64,000 nt of DNA from a bacterium (lineage in GTDB: Bacteria > Patescibacteriota > CPR2 > UBA1875 > JAJYID01), in the NCBI GenBank assembly GCA_021787535.1, contig JAJYLR010000001.1:19648-83647 (forward strand). The letters are read 5' to 3'. A program made the translations under genes and the position numbers. The notes below the pieces were generated by a model that saw only the letters and a list, made by a program, of their open reading frames with translations, had not been told where the DNA came from and searched no databases. The number at the start of each line of letters is the position of its first letter. Within the stretch, counting starts at the first letter, position 1. Shown here one piece after another: positions 59,889 through 64,000 of this stretch.

Positions 59889-61409
59889 GATGAGACATTT
59901 TGAAAATTCAGGGGCGTTTTGTTGTACGCTCGCCCAACCTTCAGTAGTATTCGTTTCGCAAAAAGCCCTATATTTCGGAATTAAATCAAAGGGGCGGACA
60001 AATTCAAATTCAGCTTTTTGGGCAAGCAAACGGCGGTTCGTTCCAATTTTTTCCACCAATGACTTTATTTCATAAAAATCATCGGACAAAGCAAGTTTTT
60101 CGGCGCGGTGAGCGGTTTTTATCCATTCCCGCAAAGGTTCGATCCAACTGTTTCCCTTTCGCCCAAAATCAGACTCTCTTTTGCTAAGGTCTGTTTTTAT
60201 TTTTATAAGTTCATCTTTTTTTAAAAGATAAGTTTCTTTTTCAATACTTCCGTCTAAAAAAGCATTGACCAGTTTATCAAGTTTCGTTTCCGTCTCCTTG
60301 ATTTTCTTCTTGAAGCTTTGGGCGAAAGATTGCGCCGACCGGGCGTTGTCTTTTTCCCACACGTCAACTTGAGCGTTCATTTTTTCGGCCCAGCCGCCGC
60401 AAATAGCGATATTTTGAAGCCGTGATTTCAATTGATCAGCGAGTAAGTCCTCGCGTACATATCCTTGGCTGCATTTGCCGCGCTTTTTGGTACAGCGGTA
60501 ATAACGGTAAGTGCCGCCGTGTCCATGGGCAAACTGGGCGGTAATAGCGCCGCCGCACTCGCTGCAAGTTAAAAGCCCGACAAACGGGAAGTTATGCTTC
60601 CTTTTGCTTTTTCGAGGTCTTGCTCGCTGTTTTAGAACTTTTTGGACGGCTTCAAAAACGCTTAAGGAAACAATTGCCGGAAAACCGCCTTCATAGGTTT
60701 CACCATTGTGTACAATCAAACCGAGATAAACTTTGTTGGTGAGCATTCTCTGTAGCTTTGCCTTGCAAAATGGTTTTCCGGTTCTTCCAACCACGCCCCA
60801 AAAACTCAGGCGCCGGCCCAAACTTTCCAAAGTGTGTTGGCCATGGGCAAATTCCTCAAACGTTTTAACTACAAGTCTTGATTTTACAGGATCGGGTTCA
60901 ATATTTCTCGTTTTCGGATTATTCACATAGCCGAAAGGCGCAAGTGTCGGCCATTCGCCGCGCCTGATTTTTTGTCTGATCCCGCGCTTTACGTTCTCCG
61001 ACAAATTGTCGGAATAATACTTTGATTGGCCAAAGGCGACTTGAAGCATAAAGAGCCCTTGCGGAGTCGGCTCAAACCAAAAAGTGGGAAAGTTTAAAGA
61101 AACGATCTTGCCGATGTCAATACAATAAATTATTTGTCCGCCATCAACGGAATTTCTGGCCAAACGATCAGGGTGCCAAGCAATCAAGCCGATCGGTTCT
61201 TTGCTCTCGTGGACTTTGCCCATCATTTCATTAAAAACCTTCCGGCCCGGTTTCTTGGCGCTTTTAGATTCAATAAAGGTTTCCGCAATCTCTATATTTT
61301 CCCGTTTGGCAAATTCCGCCAACTCCGTAAGCTGCGCTTCAATAGACATCACTTGTCTTTCTTCATCTTCGGTGGATTTACGGGCGTAGAGAAAAAATCT
61401 TGTTTTCAT
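59877..61409 (-). CDS. Large serine recombinase (resolvase, recombinase, zinc ribbon, coiled coil); stop codon lies inside tRNA-Pro
   Basis: YARKS, DRLARN, PFGY, GLLTCSECG and YYRC motifs. Confidence 0.95.
   Translation of the reverse strand: MKTRFFLYARKSTEDEERQVMSIEAQLTELAEFAKRENIEIAETFIESKSAKKPGRKVFNEMMGKVHESKEPIGLIAWHPDRLARNSVDGGQIIYCIDIGKIVSLNFPTFWFEPTPQGLFMLQVAFGQSKYYSDNLSENVKRGIRQKIRRGEWPTLAPFGYVNNPKTRNIEPDPVKSRLVVKTFEEFAHGQHTLESLGRRLSFWGVVGRTGKPFCKAKLQRMLTNKVYLGLIVHNGETYEGGFPAIVSLSVFEAVQKVLKQRARPRKSKRKHNFPFVGLLTCSECGGAITAQFAHGHGGTYRYYRCTKKRGKCSQGYVREDLLADQLKSRLQNIAICGGWAEKMNAQVDVWEKDNARSAQSFAQSFKKKIKETETKLDKLVNAFLDGSIEKETYLLKKDELIKIKTDLSKRESDFGRKGNSWIEPLREWIKTAHRAEKLALSDDFYEIKSLVEKIGTNRRLLAQKAEFEFVRPFDLIPKYRAFCETNTTEGWASVQQNAPEFSKCLIWSG
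59883..60040. repeat. Left arm of 158-bp inverted repeat (3' end of recombinase)
   Basis: Reverse complement of 61544-61701 with 7 mismatches by manual alignment. Confidence 0.95.
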
Positions 61410-61543
61410 AATGTTTCCTCCTTAATTTATATGTCTCCTTTGGCCTAAAAGCGTGGGATTAAAACTTGCTTTGTATTTTTGCTTTTGGCAAAAACGGAAA
61501 AAATCGGATACAAATTTCATTTGTGAATTTGCTTCGCAACTTT

Positions 61544-61701
61544 CGAACCGCCGTTTGCTTTCCCGAAAAGCCGAGTTTGAATTTGTCCGCCCCTTTGATT
61601 TAATTCCTAAATACAGGGTTTTTTGCGAAACGAATACTACTGAAGGTTGGGCGAGCGTACAACAAAACGCCCCTGAATTTTCAAAATGTCTCATCTGGTC
61701 G
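61544..61701. repeat. Right arm of 158-bp inverted repeat; silent alternative recombinase C-terminus continuing to 61752
   Basis: Reads NRRLLSRKAEFEF...CLIWS then QLLNVARTHFEQGEEY*. Confidence 0.95.
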
Positions 61702-62007
61702 CAATTGCTGAACGTTGCTCGAACCCATTTCGAACAGGGAGAGGAATACTAGGGGCGATTTTTACAAGGATTTGTAAAAATCTGTGGCGGAAATTCGGGT
61801 CGGGGCGAATTTCCGCGGGGCTTTCGGACTTTCTTAAATCTCGGACCGCCTCAAGCATGAACTTTCGCCTGTTTCCCCAGCTTAACTGGTTCGGGTTTTT
61901 GCGGCGAAGATCGGGCGGCAAGGAAAGAAAGGGAACTTTTTCGCTTGCCCCGCCCAGCCCGGCGCGCTCCAGGGTTAAAGGGGCTCCCTTGTTTTTCTTC
62001 TAAGATA

Positions 62008-62030
62008 ACTATAGTATGTAGAACTAAAGT
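62008..62030 (+). promoter_or_regulatory. C-box-like tandem operator
   Basis: ACTATAGT and ACTAAAGT palindromes 15 bp apart, upstream of a near-leaderless HTH gene. Confidence 0.45.
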
Positions 62031-62055
62031 TAGCAAGTAGTTTATTATATCCAGT

Positions 62056-62265
62056 ATGAAATCAAATGTTTTAATCAAATTCGGTAACAGGGTTCGGGAG
62101 GAAAGGGCCAAACAAGGATTATCTCAAGAAGCTTTGGCTGATAAGGCAGAAGTGCATAGAACTTACATTGGGATGATTGAAAGAGCTGAAAAGAATGTGA
62201 CTTTGATAACTATTGAGAGGTTAGCTAAAGCGCTTGGTGTTAAACCTGAAGATTTGGTTAGGTGA
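62056..62265 (+). CDS. XRE-family HTH, restriction-modification controller (C protein)-like
   Basis: FG.RVR..R...GLSQE.LA..A.VHRTYIG.IER...N. Confidence 0.88.
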   Translation: MKSNVLIKFGNRVREERAKQGLSQEALADKAEVHRTYIGMIERAEKNVTLITIERLAKALGVKPEDLVR

Positions 62266-62278
62266 GGTTGAAAAAGAT

Positions 62279-62779
62279 ATGATATTTTCTGATATTAAAA
62301 TTGAAATCTCTGCTAATACTGTAGCTTGGTATGGAGCAATAGTCTCCTCTCTAGCATTTTTTATAGCTTTTCTAACATATAAGAGAGACCGAGCAAAAAT
62401 TGTGGTGGAATGGCAAAAAGATATGTTTTTTTATGATGATAGCATAAATCCTGGTGAACCATATCTTTTAATCAAAGTTATTAATAAAGGACGCCGTTCG
62501 GTTAGAATACAACAAGTGGGATTTTCTAATTTGTACAAAAGGGGAGGAGGAATTCTTAACCCTTATTATATTTCCCTGCCTAGTACAGTTAGTGAAGGTG
62601 AGAGTTTATCTCTTACGTGGAAACAGAAAAATATTTTTAATAAACCAATCTCATCATTTAATGTTTACGACGCAACAGGGAAAGTTTATAAGGCGAGAGT
62701 TGTCTCTCTTCCGGAATATTTGTTCGACAAAATTGTAAAATTTTTCCTAAAGTTAAAAAATCATAAAAAGAAGTCCTGA
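62279..62779 (+). CDS. Single-TM hypothetical protein
   Basis: N-terminal TM then beta-rich domain (VINKGRR); start uncertain. Confidence 0.65.
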   Translation: MIFSDIKIEISANTVAWYGAIVSSLAFFIAFLTYKRDRAKIVVEWQKDMFFYDDSINPGEPYLLIKVINKGRRSVRIQQVGFSNLYKRGGGILNPYYISLPSTVSEGESLSLTWKQKNIFNKPISSFNVYDATGKVYKARVVSLPEYLFDKIVKFFLKLKNHKKKS

Positions 62780-62794
62780 AAATCACAACTACCA

Positions 62795-63454
62795 TTAATC
62801 CTCATTCTTTATTAAGACCTCTCTGCCAAATCGTTGGTTGTCCGTTGAAAACATATAAATTCGCAAAGGTTTCATATCCTCAAACACCACAGCTTTTTTG
62901 TATCCACAAGTATCTCGAAGACTGGAGGGTGTTATATACCACCAAGCAATTGCAGCACTATTTATTGCGGTAAATTCAACTCTACCTTTCCAGATATTCC
63001 CATCTTTCTCGACAAGTTTAATCGTAAATTCATTGCCGCCACAGTATTTCAAAGTTGCCTCACCGTTACAATCATCGCTAAGGAGGTTGTAGTCCTTATC
63101 ATGTTGATTTGCTAAATTTTCAAATTCATTCTTATCTTCTTCTGAAAATTTCTTGAAATTATAATTCTCCCAAGCATCCATCTCACCGGGTTCAGTTTTT
63201 TCAGACGGTTTGTCCCAATGATATGAATATGCTTTGTAAGTCCCTTCAATTTTTTTAAATCTTGAGAAATTTTTGTATATCTCAATAATTCTCTCCAGGA
63301 TTATAAGCGCAATTGCTACAAATGCGCTTATTTTTATAGTTTTTAGATCATTACTATCTTTTTTGGCAAAAAACCACCATGCGAGATCAGAAACGAAAAA
63401 GATAGTAAATACTTTGATTATCCAACTACCCCATATCAGTTTTATTAGTTTCAT
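62795..63454 (-). CDS. Two-TM plus beta-rich hypothetical protein
   Basis: Two hydrophobic helices, then IEGTY and beta-strand-like segments. Confidence 0.65.
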   Translation of the reverse strand: MKLIKLIWGSWIIKVFTIFFVSDLAWWFFAKKDSNDLKTIKISAFVAIALIILERIIEIYKNFSRFKKIEGTYKAYSYHWDKPSEKTEPGEMDAWENYNFKKFSEEDKNEFENLANQHDKDYNLLSDDCNGEATLKYCGGNEFTIKLVEKDGNIWKGRVEFTAINSAAIAWWYITPSSLRDTCGYKKAVVFEDMKPLRIYMFSTDNQRFGREVLIKNED

Positions 63455-63548
63455 TCAATTTCCTTTATAATTCTGTCTGTTTCGACAAGCACTTTAGTGA
63501 CTTTTTGATAATGCTCGAAAACTTCAGAAATTTAAATCTATCTTTTCT

Positions 63549-64000
63549 TTAACTTTTCCCAAGGTTTTTGTAGGTTGAGATAAGTTCTTTAAAATTCTGG
63601 ACCTTATATTTTCCCCAGCCTTCTTGTTTTACATAAAGCATTTCATAATTATATTTCTTTTGTCTCTCTGTAGCGTCCTTGCACCATTGTCCAAGTCTCT
63701 CAATTTTTTTCAAATCGTCTAAATCTTCTCGTCCCTTAGTCTCAATGATATAAATTGTTTTATCATCTTTCTTGACTAAGAAATCCGGGTAATAGTAAGA
63801 AATTCCGCCTTCAGCGTTTTTATAATCAATTTTAAACTGAAAATTTCCGCTAACATTCCCATAGTTTTTTGCAAATGAAATGATATCATCACATTTCTCT
63901 AGAAAACTAGCAAATTTTAGTTCAAAATCGCTGTCGCCGACAATTTTATTAAATATGCTCTTGGTAGGCACAAGGAAGCTCTTGTTGTTTACTACGAATG
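63549..64000 (-). CDS. Type III restriction endonuclease Res subunit, C-terminal nuclease domain (partial)
   Basis: DSDFE..FA..L, FAKN, Y.PDFLV and IIETKG PD-(D/E)xK motifs; frame continues out of the window. Confidence 0.8.
   Translation of the reverse strand, partial: FVVNNKSFLVPTKSIFNKIVGDSDFELKFASFLEKCDDIISFAKNYGNVSGNFQFKIDYKNAEGGISYYYPDFLVKKDDKTIYIIETKGREDLDDLKKIERLGQWCKDATERQKKYNYEMLYVKQEGWGKYKVQNFKELISTYKNLGKS

Larger units (their letters stand above)
59883..64000. mobile_element. Left part of a tRNA-Pro-integrated island with defence-type cargo
   Basis: Recombinase abutting the tRNA 3' end, XRE regulator, AT-rich ORFs, type III restriction fragment; right end not in window. Confidence 0.7.

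Noticed and set aside
59818-60075. ORFs 59818..60075 and 61422..61694 as real paralogous genes
   Set aside because: They are shadow frames of the tRNA and the inverted repeat

Overview
Bacterial chromosome segment whose gene content and style suggest Patescibacteria/CPR (inference, not a database result). It carries housekeeping genes (fabK, rpsT, nrnA-like DHH, truB, rpsO, pnp, udg, rnj, ftsK, yajQ, plsX, rpsF-ssb-rpsR, efp, tlyA, ychF, xer, yebC-ruvC-ruvA-ruvB, tsaE/tsaB, rny, ymdB, hup), a surface-protein block, a complete type IV pilus/competence locus (pilMNO, pilB, pilT, pilC, pilin, pilD, four minor pilins, split comEC), two tRNAs and the left end of a tRNA-Pro-integrated island (large serine recombinase, C-protein-like HTH, type III restriction fragment). 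Most notable: (1) a tRNA with a proline-type body but a glycine UCC anticodon, sitting directly behind a textbook ribosome-mediated attenuator whose leader peptide is rich in exactly the GGA/GGG codons that tRNA would read; (2) a serine recombinase gene bracketed by 158-bp inverted copies of its own 3' end, so inversion would swap its C-terminus; (3) about 15 GTCAT-tagged REP-like palindromes that flank two small GIY-YIG nuclease genes and are inserted in frame inside four unrelated proteins; (4) AT-rich 7-nt-period inverted repeats around a four-helix-bundle gene and as empty copies; (5) a PilX-like minor pilin ending in a bulb-type lectin domain. All calls were made by eye from the sequence and the ORF track.
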